NCBI GenBank assembly: GCA_029940035.1 | Contig: JAOZRT010000003.1 | Location: 1 to 44,862, forward strand | Source of the DNA: Desulfobacterales bacterium | GTDB taxonomy: Bacteria; Desulfobacterota; Desulfobacteria; Desulfobacterales; B30-G6 | Length of the DNA: 44,862 nucleotides | Reading direction: 5' to 3' | Shown: in pieces, positions 36,175 to 44,862 of the stretch | Layout of the letters: each line of letters starts with the position of its first letter | How positions within the stretch are numbered: position 1 is the first letter of the stretch | Notes under the pieces: model-generated | Told to the model about the DNA's origin: nothing | The model's input: only the letters and a program-made list of their open reading frames with translations | Database searches by the model: none | Made by a program: the position numbers and the translations under genes

Positions 36175-37305
36175 ATGGCCGGTAGTACGAAACAGACCCA
36201 AGCACCGACTTATGACGTTACCCTGCTCTTTTCCGTACTGTTTCTGGTGGGAATCGGCATCGTCATGGTTTACAGCGCAAGTTCGGCCCTGGCTCTGAAG
36301 AAATTCGGCTCTGACTACTATTTCCTGAAAAGACAGGCTTTGTTCTCGCTGTTCGGCATCGTGGCGCTGGTCATCTGCAGCCATGTGCCCTTTAAGGCCT
36401 ACCGGGTATTGAGCTACCCTATTCTGCTGCTGGCCCTGGCGCTCCTCGCTGCAGTTCAGATATCCGCTCTGGGCCTGTCGGCGGGCGGGTCCCTGAGGTG
36501 GTTGCGGCTGGGCCCGTTTTCGTTTCAGCCTTCCGAATTCGCCAGGCTGGCCATGGTTATCTACCTGGCCTACTCCATGAGCAAAAAGCAGGAAATGATC
36601 AAGGAGTTCTACGTGGGTTTCATGCCGCACGTCATCGTGCTGGCCATGTTCACGATTCTGATTTTCATGCAGCCCGATTTCGGCTCGGTGGTTATCCTGG
36701 GAGCAGTCACCTGGATGATGATGTTTGTGGGCGGGGTCCGCCTGCTCCACCTGCTCTCGGCCCTGCTGTTGGTCCTGCCGGTGGCCTACTATTTCATGAT
36801 TAGCGCCGAGTACCGCATCAGGCGTATTACCAGCTTCCTGGACCCCTGGCAATACCCCACGGATGAGGGCTACCAAATCGTCCATTCGCTCATGGCTTTC
36901 GGTACCGGGGGCATCTGGGGAACCGGCATCGGCAAAGGATATCAAAAACTGTTCTATCTACCGGAGCCGCACACTGACTTCATATTTTCAGTCATTGGTG
37001 AAGAACTCGGGCTGTGGGGAGTAATGTTCATCCTGGGTATCTATGTTCTCATCCTGTGGCGGGGCATCCACATTGCCCGCCATAGCGACGATACCTTCGG
37101 TACGTATCTGGCTACCGGCATCATCGCAACCATCACCCTGCAGGTCTGTGTAAACATGGGCGTCACCCTGGGGCTTCTGCCCACAAAAGGGCTGTCCCTC
37201 CCCTTTTTGAGCTACGGGGGGACCTCGCTTTTAATCAATATGGCCTCCATCGGCATCCTCATGAACATCGGAGCCAAAAAGGCAGGGAGGCAGAATGCAG
37301 GCTAA
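36175..37305 (+). CDS. ftsW: SEDS peptidoglycan polymerase FtsW
   Basis: FQPSE, QPDFG, GYQ, LPEPHTDFIF, EELG and PFLSYGG motifs. Confidence 0.97.
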   Translation: MAGSTKQTQAPTYDVTLLFSVLFLVGIGIVMVYSASSALALKKFGSDYYFLKRQALFSLFGIVALVICSHVPFKAYRVLSYPILLLALALLAAVQISALGLSAGGSLRWLRLGPFSFQPSEFARLAMVIYLAYSMSKKQEMIKEFYVGFMPHVIVLAMFTILIFMQPDFGSVVILGAVTWMMMFVGGVRLLHLLSALLLVLPVAYYFMISAEYRIRRITSFLDPWQYPTDEGYQIVHSLMAFGTGGIWGTGIGKGYQKLFYLPEPHTDFIFSVIGEELGLWGVMFILGIYVLILWRGIHIARHSDDTFGTYLATGIIATITLQVCVNMGVTLGLLPTKGLSLPFLSYGGTSLLINMASIGILMNIGAKKAGRQNAG

Positions 37306-38515
37306 CGCCCACGTACTGAGCGAAATCCAGATTCCGGCGGCCTCCGTGAGCCGCAGCCTGGACAGAAACAATGGACAGGCGGCAGAAGGCCGTGCAGCGC
37401 ACGCCCGGATGCACCCCGTCCGGGTGGTCATTGCCGGAGGCGGAACCGGGGGGCACCTTTTCCCGGGAATTGCCGTTGCCGAGGAAGTGCTGGCGCGGAA
37501 TGGTCAGAGCGACGTGCTCTTTATCGGAACCGGCAACCCCATGGAAAGAACGGCCTTAAGCCAAAAGGGGTTCAACTTTACAGCCATAACCGTTCAGGGC
37601 CTGAAGAACAGAGGTATCCTGAATCAGATAAAAGCCCTGATACTGCTGCCGGCGAGCCTGATCGCTTCGAGCAGAATCTTAAAGGCGTTCGACCCGGATC
37701 TGGTTTTGGGGGTAGGCGGATATTCCGCCGGACCTGTGGTTGCCGCAGCCTGGCTCAAGGGTATCAAAACCGCCCTCCAGGAGCAGAATATTCTGCCGGG
37801 GATTACCAATCGATGGCTGTCACGGATCACAAATCGTCTCTACCTTTCCTTTCCGGAAACAAGAGGGATGGCGACGGCAGACAAAGCCCTGGTGACCGGC
37901 AATCCCGTGCGGCAGGAATTCTTTGCCGCCATACCGCCACGGCAACAGACGCAGGAAGCCACGGAAAAAGAGGCAGCGCCGTTTACAGTGCTGATTGCCG
38001 GTGGAAGCCAGGGCGCACATGCCATCAATAAGGCCATGCAGTCGGCACTGGCGCACCTTTCCGACACTGGGCGTTATCACTTCATCCACCAGACAGGGGC
38101 GGATGATGAAGCCATGATGAACGAAACATACGCAAACAGCCGTGCCAAGGGCACGGTCAAGGCTTTTTTTAGTGACATGGCCCGTCAATACCAGGCAGCG
38201 AACTTGATTGTCTGCCGGGCTGGGGCCACAACCGTGGCGGAAGTCACCGCCCTGGGGAAACCGGTCATCTTTATTCCCTTTCCCTATGCAGCGGACGACC
38301 ATCAGCGGTTGAATGCCGAAAGCCTTGTGCGGGAAGGCGCTTCCGAGATGATTATCGAAAAGGATCTCGCAGGTCAGATGCTAGCCCAGCGGATCGAACA
38401 TTATGCAGGTGCACCCGAAGAACTGGCCCGGATGGGCGCCCGGGCATCCCTGCTGGGCCGCCCGGATGCGGCCAAAGCCATTGTGGACGATATGTATCAA
38501 CTAATTAGCTCATAG
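37295..38515 (+). CDS. murG: Lipid II GlcNAc transferase MurG (with ~38-aa N-terminal extension)
   Basis: GGGTGGH, GGY, EQN, GNPVR, GGSQGA and RAGATT motifs. GGGAGG RBS. Confidence 0.96.
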   Translation: MQANAHVLSEIQIPAASVSRSLDRNNGQAAEGRAAHARMHPVRVVIAGGGTGGHLFPGIAVAEEVLARNGQSDVLFIGTGNPMERTALSQKGFNFTAITVQGLKNRGILNQIKALILLPASLIASSRILKAFDPDLVLGVGGYSAGPVVAAAWLKGIKTALQEQNILPGITNRWLSRITNRLYLSFPETRGMATADKALVTGNPVRQEFFAAIPPRQQTQEATEKEAAPFTVLIAGGSQGAHAINKAMQSALAHLSDTGRYHFIHQTGADDEAMMNETYANSRAKGTVKAFFSDMARQYQAANLIVCRAGATTVAEVTALGKPVIFIPFPYAADDHQRLNAESLVREGASEMIIEKDLAGQMLAQRIEHYAGAPEELARMGARASLLGRPDAAKAIVDDMYQLISS

Positions 38516-38561
38516 CTGGTAGCTCGTAGGTTCTGGCTATCAGCTATCAACTATGAGCTAA
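38505..38561. repeat. Heptamer-repeat palindrome between murG and murC, overlapping the murG stop
   Basis: ttagctcatagctggtagctcgtag-N7-ctatcagctatcaactatgagctaa. Arms match at 21 of 25 positions. Confidence 0.8.
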
Positions 38562-38579
38562 GCGAGTGTAAACGAGACT

Positions 38580-39947
38580 ATGTATCAAAAAAAATACCAC
38601 ATCCATTTTGTAGGCATCGGCGGAATCGGCATGAGCGGCATTGCGGAACTGCTGCTCAATCTTGGTTACGAGGTGTCCGGATCCGATCTCAAGACCACGG
38701 ACATCACCCGGCGTCTGGTCGAACTCGGGGGCATTGTGTACGCGGGCCATCACGAAGATCAGACCCAGGGGGCGGACGTGGTGGTCACCTCTTCCGCAGT
38801 CAGCCACACCAACCCCGAAATCGTCGCCGCGGAGCAGGCCTCGATCCCGGTTATTCCGCGGGCGGAAATGCTCGCCGAGCTGATGCGGTTGAAATACGGC
38901 GTAGCCATCGCCGGCGCCCATGGCAAAACATCCACAACCTCGATTGTCTCCACGGTGCTGGCCCGCGGCGGCCTCGATCCCACAGTGGTCATCGGCGGTA
39001 AACTGAAAAGCATTGGCTCCAATGCCCTGCTGGGCCAGGGGGAGTTCATCGTAGCCGAAGCAGACGAAAGCGACGGCTCTTTTCTGAAAATGTCACCGGC
39101 TATTGCAGTGGTAACCAACATCGACCGCGAACACCTGGACCACTATGGCGACCTGGAGACCATCAAGACAGCGTTTCTGAGCTTCATCGATAGAATCCCT
39201 TTTTACGGCCTGGCGGTTCTCTGTCTGGACAACGATCATGTTCAGGACATCATCCCCCTGATCAAGAAACGCTATGTGACGTATGGAAGGGCGCCCCAGG
39301 CCGATATCCAGGCCAAGAAAATATCTTTCAACGGTCTGCAAAGCGAGTTTACAGTCTCTTTTCGTGGCGAGGAACTGGGCCGCATCAAGCTCAATCTGCC
39401 GGGCATGCACAATGTGTACAATGCCATGGCGAGCATTGCCGTAGGGATCGAACTCAATATGTCCTTTGACCTGATCAAGGAAGCCCTCGAACAGGCCGAA
39501 GGCGTTCAGCGCCGGATGGAAATCAAGGGCGACATCAAGGGAGCCACGGTCATCGACGATTACGGCCATCATCCCACGGAGATCAAAGCCACCCTGAAAG
39601 CCCTGGCGGATGCCTGGCCCGACAGGCGCAAAATCGTGGTTTTCCAGCCCCACCGGTATACACGAACCCGGGACCTGTTCGACGATTTCACACGCGCTTT
39701 TTACCAGTCAGACCTGCTGCTGGTAATGCCCATCTATTCGGCCGGCGAAGACAGGATCGATGGTGTGGACGGGCACGACCTCTGCGAGGACATCATGGCC
39801 CACGGTCACAGGCAGGTCATCTGCGTCAAGGGCATGGAAGAGGCGGTTGAATGCCTCAAAGACAATATCACTGACCAGGACATCGTCCTGACGCTCGGAG
39901 CGGGGGATGTCTGGATGGTCGGTGAAAAACTGCTGGAGAAACCGTAA
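38580..39947 (+). CDS. murC: UDP-MurNAc--L-alanine ligase
   Basis: GIGGIGMSG, GAHGKTST, EADESD, DDYGHHPTE and FQPHRYTR motifs. Confidence 0.98.
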   Translation: MYQKKYHIHFVGIGGIGMSGIAELLLNLGYEVSGSDLKTTDITRRLVELGGIVYAGHHEDQTQGADVVVTSSAVSHTNPEIVAAEQASIPVIPRAEMLAELMRLKYGVAIAGAHGKTSTTSIVSTVLARGGLDPTVVIGGKLKSIGSNALLGQGEFIVAEADESDGSFLKMSPAIAVVTNIDREHLDHYGDLETIKTAFLSFIDRIPFYGLAVLCLDNDHVQDIIPLIKKRYVTYGRAPQADIQAKKISFNGLQSEFTVSFRGEELGRIKLNLPGMHNVYNAMASIAVGIELNMSFDLIKEALEQAEGVQRRMEIKGDIKGATVIDDYGHHPTEIKATLKALADAWPDRRKIVVFQPHRYTRTRDLFDDFTRAFYQSDLLLVMPIYSAGEDRIDGVDGHDLCEDIMAHGHRQVICVKGMEEAVECLKDNITDQDIVLTLGAGDVWMVGEKLLEKP

Positions 39948-40894
39948 TGCCGCTGGACACGACCACCAGGGAATGGTTGACAGATACCTTTGCCGATGAC
40001 GTGAGGTTTGAAGAACCCATGTCGCAGCATACGTCGTTCCGGGTGGGCGGGCCGGCCGAGGCACTCGTCAGGCCCAAGGGGAAAGGCGACCTTGTGCGGC
40101 TGGTGCAATGGGCCACAGAACATGGCATTGGCTATATGCCCCTGGGGGCGGGCAGCAATATACTGGTCAGACAAAAAGGCATCCGGGGAATCGTGATCAT
40201 GCTGGACAGCTGTCTTGCGTCCATTGTTGAAAACAAAACACCATCGGATGGCCCGTGCATCACGGCGGGTGCCGGTGTAAAACTGGCCGGCCTATGCACA
40301 TTCGCCCTCAAGCAAGGGCTGGAGGGGCTCAATTTTGCCCTGGGCATTCCCGGCACCGTGGGCGGGAGCATACGGGTCAACGCGGGCACACCTGACGGGT
40401 GCATGGGAGACGTGGTGGTGTCGGTCAACCTCTTGATGCCGGAAGGGTCTTTGCGAAGTGTGGAAAAAACAGAGCTTGTTTTCTCCTACCGGAAAATGGA
40501 TTGGCCGTCCGATACAGCCTTTGAACCGGGATGTGAGCCAATCATTCTGGAGGCGGCCCTCCGCCTCAAACCAGCTGACAGACACGGTCTCAAAAAGGAG
40601 GCCGAACAGATAATGCAGCAACGCAAAAATCACCAACCCTGGACGGCAAAAAGTGCCGGGTGCATTTTCAAGAATCCTGCCGGGGAACGGTCAGCCGGAC
40701 AGTTGATCGACATGGCCGGATTGAAGGGAAAGCGCATAGGGGATGCGGAAGTTTCTACCCTGCATGCCAATTTCATCATCAACAAAGGGCGGGCAACCGC
40801 CGACGATGTACTGAATCTGGTGGACCTCGTGAGATCCACCGTATTCCAGCGCTATCAAATTGAACTCGAGACAGAGGTCAGAATTGTTGGTTAA
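39947..40894 (+). CDS. murB: UDP-N-acetylenolpyruvoylglucosamine reductase
   Basis: HTSFRVGGPA, GSN, GIPGTVGG, SAGCIFKNP and HANFIIN motifs. Confidence 0.96.
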   Translation: MPLDTTTREWLTDTFADDVRFEEPMSQHTSFRVGGPAEALVRPKGKGDLVRLVQWATEHGIGYMPLGAGSNILVRQKGIRGIVIMLDSCLASIVENKTPSDGPCITAGAGVKLAGLCTFALKQGLEGLNFALGIPGTVGGSIRVNAGTPDGCMGDVVVSVNLLMPEGSLRSVEKTELVFSYRKMDWPSDTAFEPGCEPIILEAALRLKPADRHGLKKEAEQIMQQRKNHQPWTAKSAGCIFKNPAGERSAGQLIDMAGLKGKRIGDAEVSTLHANFIINKGRATADDVLNLVDLVRSTVFQRYQIELETEVRIVG

Positions 40895-41747
40895 ACAGAA
40901 AAAAAGAAGGCTCAAAAAGAACTACTTCAAGAACAGCGGAGCCAAGCAGCGTGCCAAAATAGTTGCGACATTGGGCAATGTGCTGAAAATAGCATCCCTG
41001 TTGACCGTCGTGGCCCTCATGAGCTGTGCCTTTGTCTTCGGGTACGACCTGTTGACCCAGTCGTCTTTTTTCAGCGCTTCGGATATCCGGGTGTCGGGTT
41101 TCGACCGGCTGACGATGCAACAGATTATCGACCACGCCGACATCCACGCCGGCCGGAACATATTCTCCATCAACCTCACCACGACGCGCAAACGGTTGCT
41201 GGCACACCCCTGGATCAAGGACGCCGAGGTCAGCCGGGAAATTCCTTCCGGGCTGGCTATCCAAATAACGGAGTATGAGCCCCTGGCCATTATCGACATG
41301 AATCACCGTTTCCTCATCGACCAATCCGGGATCATATTCAAGGAATGGGATGAAAACGACCCTTCGGACCTGCCGGTCATCGCGGGGCTGGGTATCTCAG
41401 ACCTGAAAGTCGGTGACGGACCTTCCAGCCGTTCTTTCAGCGCCATCATGTCGGTGTTGAAACTCGGCCAGAAAAACAACAGCACGATCCCCATCGATCA
41501 AATCAGCAGGATAGAGGTGGACAGGGACATCGGCCTGACCCTCCATGTGAAGGATCAAACAGGGGCAATTCACCTGGGATATCACGATTATCCCAGCAAA
41601 TACAAATTACTGGAGAAGGTACTGGTCTATTTTGAAAACAAAAACAATGATTCAACGCTGCGATCCATCGATCTGAACAACCCGAACCGTATCGTTGTCA
41701 ACATAGATACCAAAGCGTCACCCGCCACGGGTCAAAAGGAGGTGTAA
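40884..41747 (+). CDS. ftsQ: Cell division protein FtsQ/DivIB
   Basis: One TM plus a POTRA domain (HPWIKDAEVSR..P..L.I.I.E..P). Start approximate (TTG after GAGG). Confidence 0.9.
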   Translation: MLVKQKKRRLKKNYFKNSGAKQRAKIVATLGNVLKIASLLTVVALMSCAFVFGYDLLTQSSFFSASDIRVSGFDRLTMQQIIDHADIHAGRNIFSINLTTTRKRLLAHPWIKDAEVSREIPSGLAIQITEYEPLAIIDMNHRFLIDQSGIIFKEWDENDPSDLPVIAGLGISDLKVGDGPSSRSFSAIMSVLKLGQKNNSTIPIDQISRIEVDRDIGLTLHVKDQTGAIHLGYHDYPSKYKLLEKVLVYFENKNNDSTLRSIDLNNPNRIVVNIDTKASPATGQKEV

Positions 41748-41748
41748 G

Positions 41749-42975
41749 GTGCATGGGGAGGAAAATATTGTTGTCGGTCTGGATATAGGGACGACCAAGA
41801 TATGTGCGGTAGTGGGAGAGGTGTCCCATGGGGAGATCAACATCATCGGCACCGGAACAAGCCCCTCCATCGGGCTCCGCAAGGGGGTTGTCGTCAACAT
41901 TGAATCCACCGTTGAATCCATTAAAAAGGCGGTGGAGGAAGCCGAACTCATGGCCGGATGCGAAATTTCATCCGTTTATGCCGGTATCGCGGGGGGGCAC
42001 ATTACCGGTTTCAACAGCCGCGGGATCGTCGCCATTAAGGGGCCTGAAATCAACCAGAGCGATGTGGACCGGGTCATCGATGCGGCCCGGGCGGTGGCCA
42101 TCCCCATGGACCGTGAGGTCATCCATGTGCTGCCCCAGGAATACATTGTCGATGAACAAACCGGAATCCAGAACCCCGTCGGCATGGCCGGCATCCGGCT
42201 GGAGGCCAAAATCCATATCGTCACCGGTGCGGTGACCTCCGCCCATAATATCGTCAAATGCGCCAACCGTTCAGGCCTGGACGTTTGCGACATCGTCCTG
42301 GAGTCACTTGCATCGGGCGAAGCCGTACTGACCAACGAGGAAAAAGAGTTGGGCACGGGCCTGCTCGACCTCGGGGGCGGAACCTCCGACCTGGCCATCT
42401 TCTCCGGCAAGAATATCAAACACACCTTTGTGCTGTCACTCGGTGGGAACAACCTGACCAACGACATAGCCATCGGCCTGCGAGCGCCGATTATCGAGGC
42501 CGAAAAAATCAAGACCAAATACGGCACCTGCCTGTCCACCAGTATAAGCGGCGAGGAGACCATCGAAGTGCCGGGCATGGGGGGCCGTGAACCCAGAAAA
42601 CTGCCGCGGCAGATTCTGGGTGAAATCCTCGAACCCCGCATGGAGGAAATTTTCACCCTCATCCAGAGGGAGATATACCGGGCCGGCATGGAAAACAAGA
42701 TCAACTCCGGCATCGTCATAACCGGGGGCACCGCTCTTCTGGACGGCATCATCGATGTTGCCGAAGGCATCTTCAATCTCCCGACCCGGTTGGGGCGGCC
42801 CAGCGGCATCAGCGGGCTGGTGGATGTCGTCAACAACCCCATGTATGCCACCGGTGTGGGGCTCGTGCTCTACGGAGCGAGGATGCAGCCGTCCAAAAAG
42901 TTCAGAATAAGGGATAAAAACATCTTCAACGGCATCATAGGCCGCATGAAGAAGTGGTTCAAGGATGTCATCTGA
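41749..42975 (+). CDS. ftsA: Cell division protein FtsA
   Basis: GLDIGTTKI, DLGGGTSD, AEKIK, TGGTA and PMYATGVGL motifs. Confidence 0.98.
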   Translation: MHGEENIVVGLDIGTTKICAVVGEVSHGEINIIGTGTSPSIGLRKGVVVNIESTVESIKKAVEEAELMAGCEISSVYAGIAGGHITGFNSRGIVAIKGPEINQSDVDRVIDAARAVAIPMDREVIHVLPQEYIVDEQTGIQNPVGMAGIRLEAKIHIVTGAVTSAHNIVKCANRSGLDVCDIVLESLASGEAVLTNEEKELGTGLLDLGGGTSDLAIFSGKNIKHTFVLSLGGNNLTNDIAIGLRAPIIEAEKIKTKYGTCLSTSISGEETIEVPGMGGREPRKLPRQILGEILEPRMEEIFTLIQREIYRAGMENKINSGIVITGGTALLDGIIDVAEGIFNLPTRLGRPSGISGLVDVVNNPMYATGVGLVLYGARMQPSKKFRIRDKNIFNGIIGRMKKWFKDVI

Positions 42976-43070
42976 TGAAAATGAAGCCAGCAAGAAATAG
43001 TCATTCAAGCACTGGCATAACAATACCAACATTGAGCGTTGAAGTTCGTTAACCGTTCAAAGGGGGGGAA

Positions 43071-44255
43071 ATGTTTACTTACGTAGAGAATGAAAAATCG
43101 GCTAAAATCAAAGTAATCGGTGTCGGCGGCGCAGGTGGCAATGCAATCAACAACATGATCGCCAGCAACCTCAATGGTGTGAAGTTCATCTGTGCCAACA
43201 CGGATGCCCAGGCTCTCGATGTTTCACGGGCGGAAGTCCGGATCCAGTTAGGTGAACGGCTGACCGAAGGATTGGGTGCAGGCGCCAATCCCGAAATCGG
43301 CAGGGAAGCGGCCATAGAAAACGCCGACGCCATCAGGGCTTCCCTGGAAAACAGCCACATGGTGTTTATCACCGCCGGCTTCGGGGGCGGCACCGGAACC
43401 GGGGCGGCACCAGTCATCGCCGAAATCTGTAAAGAAATGGGCGCATTGACCGTTGCGGTCGTTACCAAACCTTTTTCTTTCGAAGGCAAGAAAAGAACCC
43501 GGCAGGCCACTGAAGGCATCGATGCCCTCAAAGCGATGGCGGACACCGTCATCACCATTCCCAACGATCGGCTCAGGGGCTTGGCATCTAAAAATGCAAA
43601 AATGATTGAAATGTTCAGAAAAGCGGACGAAATACTCCTTCACTCCGTCAAGGGCATCACCGACCTGATCATGATGCCGGGTCTGGTCAATCTCGATTTT
43701 GCCGATGTCAGGACCACCATGTCCAGGGCCGGCCTGGCCATCATGGGCATTGGTATTTCCAAAGGTGAAAACCGCGCCGTGGAAGCTGCGGAAAGGGCGA
43801 TTTCACACCCGCTGCTGGAAGATATCGCCATTTCCGGCGCCAAGGGCGTGCTCATGAACATCACCTGCAACAGCGACCTCACCATGGAGGAGATGACCGA
43901 GGCCTCTGAACGGATCTACAACGAGGTGGGCGACGATGCGGACATCATCTGGGGTACCGTGGTGGATGACACCCTGGATGACGAAATGAGAGTGACCGTC
44001 ATCGCCACCGGTATAGGGTCGGGGCCGGATACATCTTCATCCAACAAGGTCATGGACTATACGCCACGCGGAAAGGTCCGGGACATCACGCCCGAGGATA
44101 TCGAGAGGGGCATCGACTTCGACGAACCCACCTTTATCCGTAAAAAGGAAGCCAACAATGATGTAGGCCTGATGGGTTACAACGGAGCGGAAGGACTCAT
44201 CATCGACAACAGTGATCTAGAGGTGCCCACTTTTCTGAGGCGTAAGGCCGATTAA
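43071..44255 (+). CDS. ftsZ: Cell division protein FtsZ
   Basis: GVGGAGGNA, NTDAQAL, GGGTGTG, NLDFAD and C-terminal LEVPTFLR motifs. Confidence 0.99.
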   Translation: MFTYVENEKSAKIKVIGVGGAGGNAINNMIASNLNGVKFICANTDAQALDVSRAEVRIQLGERLTEGLGAGANPEIGREAAIENADAIRASLENSHMVFITAGFGGGTGTGAAPVIAEICKEMGALTVAVVTKPFSFEGKKRTRQATEGIDALKAMADTVITIPNDRLRGLASKNAKMIEMFRKADEILLHSVKGITDLIMMPGLVNLDFADVRTTMSRAGLAIMGIGISKGENRAVEAAERAISHPLLEDIAISGAKGVLMNITCNSDLTMEEMTEASERIYNEVGDDADIIWGTVVDDTLDDEMRVTVIATGIGSGPDTSSSNKVMDYTPRGKVRDITPEDIERGIDFDEPTFIRKKEANNDVGLMGYNGAEGLIIDNSDLEVPTFLRRKAD

Positions 44256-44378
44256 GTAAGAAATGTGAAACGATTCAGCCCTGTCGATACTACAGGGAAA
44301 TGGGAGGCGCAGGAAACGGAGGTTTAAGACAATTCGTTTCTTTTACCTTCAGTCTTCAACCTAAACAGCTAACAATAG

Positions 44379-44862
44379 ATGGCCAAAAAACCTGACAGGG
44401 ACCGCGTCCGGTTGATAGACGCGGAGACTGGTACCATTTATAAGGAGCATGGCGGGCGGATAAGCGTGGCGCTGATCTACCCGAACACCTACCATGTAGG
44501 TATGTCCAATCTCGGATTTCAGACGGTATACCGCATCCTAAACGAATTAGATGGTGTTGTCTGTGAGAGGGCTTTTTTGCCGGAAACCCCTCCTTCCGGC
44601 ACTAAAGTCCTTTCCACCCTGGAATCAGGAAAAGCCGTCAGCACATTTGACATTGTCGCCTTTTCCATATCATTTGAAAACGATTTTCCCAACCTACTCG
44701 CGATCCTAGATGCGGCCAACCTCCCCCTCCTGACCGCGGATCGCGATGGCCGCCGCCCGCTGGTTGCAGCGGGCGGCGCAGCCTGCCTTTTGAACCCCGA
44801 ACCCGTCGCCGCGTTCATGGACTGTTTTTTGATCGGCGAGGCCGAAGAGCTTCTGCCCCGGT
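44379..44862 (+). CDS. Radical SAM / B12-binding-domain protein (TIGR03960-like), truncated by the window end
   Basis: Hand-translated MAKKPDRD...ALIYPNTYHVGMSNLGFQ...CERAF...FSISFE...GG...NPEP...IGEAE. Confidence 0.85.
   Translation, partial: MAKKPDRDRVRLIDAETGTIYKEHGGRISVALIYPNTYHVGMSNLGFQTVYRILNELDGVVCERAFLPETPPSGTKVLSTLESGKAVSTFDIVAFSISFENDFPNLLAILDAANLPLLTADRDGRRPLVAAGGAACLLNPEPVAAFMDCFLIGEAEELLPR

Noticed and set aside
41976-42851. Long antisense ORFs (e.g. 41976-42851, 23280-24164, 24465-25415, 36139-36945)
   Set aside because: Shadows of well-supported genes on the opposite strand in GC-rich coding DNA, with no independent motifs or RBS.
1-44862. tRNA, rRNA, CRISPR array, transposase or integrase
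   Set aside because: None recognisable by eye. tRNAscan-SE and Infernal were not run.

Overview
This looks like a chromosomal fragment from a deltaproteobacterium, probably Desulfobacterales-like (inferred from gene content and protein style). Positions 1-5.5 kb are an accessory, decaying region. It holds two ~87%-identical 252-bp direct repeats (conserved non-coding block plus a leaderless CxxC/CxxC micro-gene) bracketing a 49-aa ORF resembling anti-CRISPR AcrIE4, a hypothetical gene and a low-GC Ca-binding lipoprotein, followed by EamA and DUF4097 gene remnants. Positions 5.5-28 kb are mixed metabolic genes: an M24 hydrolase with degenerate metal ligands coupled to proline dehydrogenase, PilZ plus a DRR-repeat microprotein, Bcr/CflA MFS, M23 peptidase, FmdB zinc ribbon, sirtuin, SDR, a long AsmA, an alpha/beta hydrolase, serC, hisD, a NuoF/GltD-type flavoprotein, split purH, an HD hydrolase and gloB. 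Positions 28.5-44.9 kb are the dcw cluster (mraZ to ftsZ, without murD or ddl) and a truncated radical-SAM gene. The main non-coding highlights are a complete WWW leader-peptide attenuator with two tandem, apparently relay-coupled terminators and no trp gene downstream, and a family of intergenic palindromes built from 7-, 8- and 9-nt tandem repeats. No rRNA, tRNA, CRISPR array, integrase or transposase was seen. All family assignments come from motif recognition, not database searches.
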